Part shown: positions 38,396-38,466 of the stretch, in pieces
How the letters are laid out: each line of letters starts with the position of its first letter
Position numbering within the stretch: the first letter of the stretch is position 1
From: Gemmatimonadota bacterium
Lineage (GTDB): Bacteria; Latescibacterota; UBA2968; UBA8231
DNA: 38,466 nucleotides
Assembly: GCA_038128265.1 (NCBI GenBank)
Contig: JAYPJE010000041.1
Location: forward strand, 1-38,466
Direction of reading: 5' to 3'
Notes under the pieces: model-generated
The model's database searches: none
Told to the model about the DNA's origin: nothing
What the model saw: the letters and a program-made list of their open reading frames with translations, nothing else
Position numbers and translations under genes: made by a program

Positions 38396-38466
38396 CTTTC
38401 AGGTTTGCTAGCGAGCAGGGCTGTGCGCTGGGAATTCACTGCGGCCATATTAGGAGAAGGGCCGAG

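Noticed and set aside
1..38466. CRISPR arrays, tRNA (including tRNA-Sec), rRNA, transposases, prophage genes
   Set aside because: No repeat-spacer periodicity, cloverleaf or relevant protein motifs seen by eye; Sec machinery, if present, lies outside this window

Overview
GC-rich, gene-dense bacterial chromosomal window with about 30 protein-coding genes. I found no rRNA, tRNA, CRISPR array or intact mobile element. The gene content suggests a Latescibacterota/FCB-like lineage (inference only): several PhyH-family dioxygenases, BNR/sialidase-like propellers, Gfo/Idh/MocA oxidoreductases, sugar-acid dehydratases and a FlgD/T9SS-like C-terminal domain. Housekeeping and regulatory genes include deaD, an MrfA/SftH-type helicase fused to a DEDD exonuclease, a hybrid histidine kinase, a CBS-containing antiporter and an M20 peptidase. 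The main discovery is a selenoprotein gene missed by the ORF track (24392..25222). It encodes a signal peptide, a TlpA/thioredoxin domain with an in-frame TGA forming a U-P-F-C active site followed by a bacterial SECIS-like hairpin, and a C-terminal FlgD-Ig/T9SS-like domain. It lies directly behind a CKPC TlpA gene. Both are divergent from a DUF6029-like outer-membrane beta-barrel whose only two Cys form a C-terminal CxxGxC motif, with a perfect 20-bp palindrome between them. Together these suggest a candidate selenium-dependent thiol/selenol relay across the envelope.
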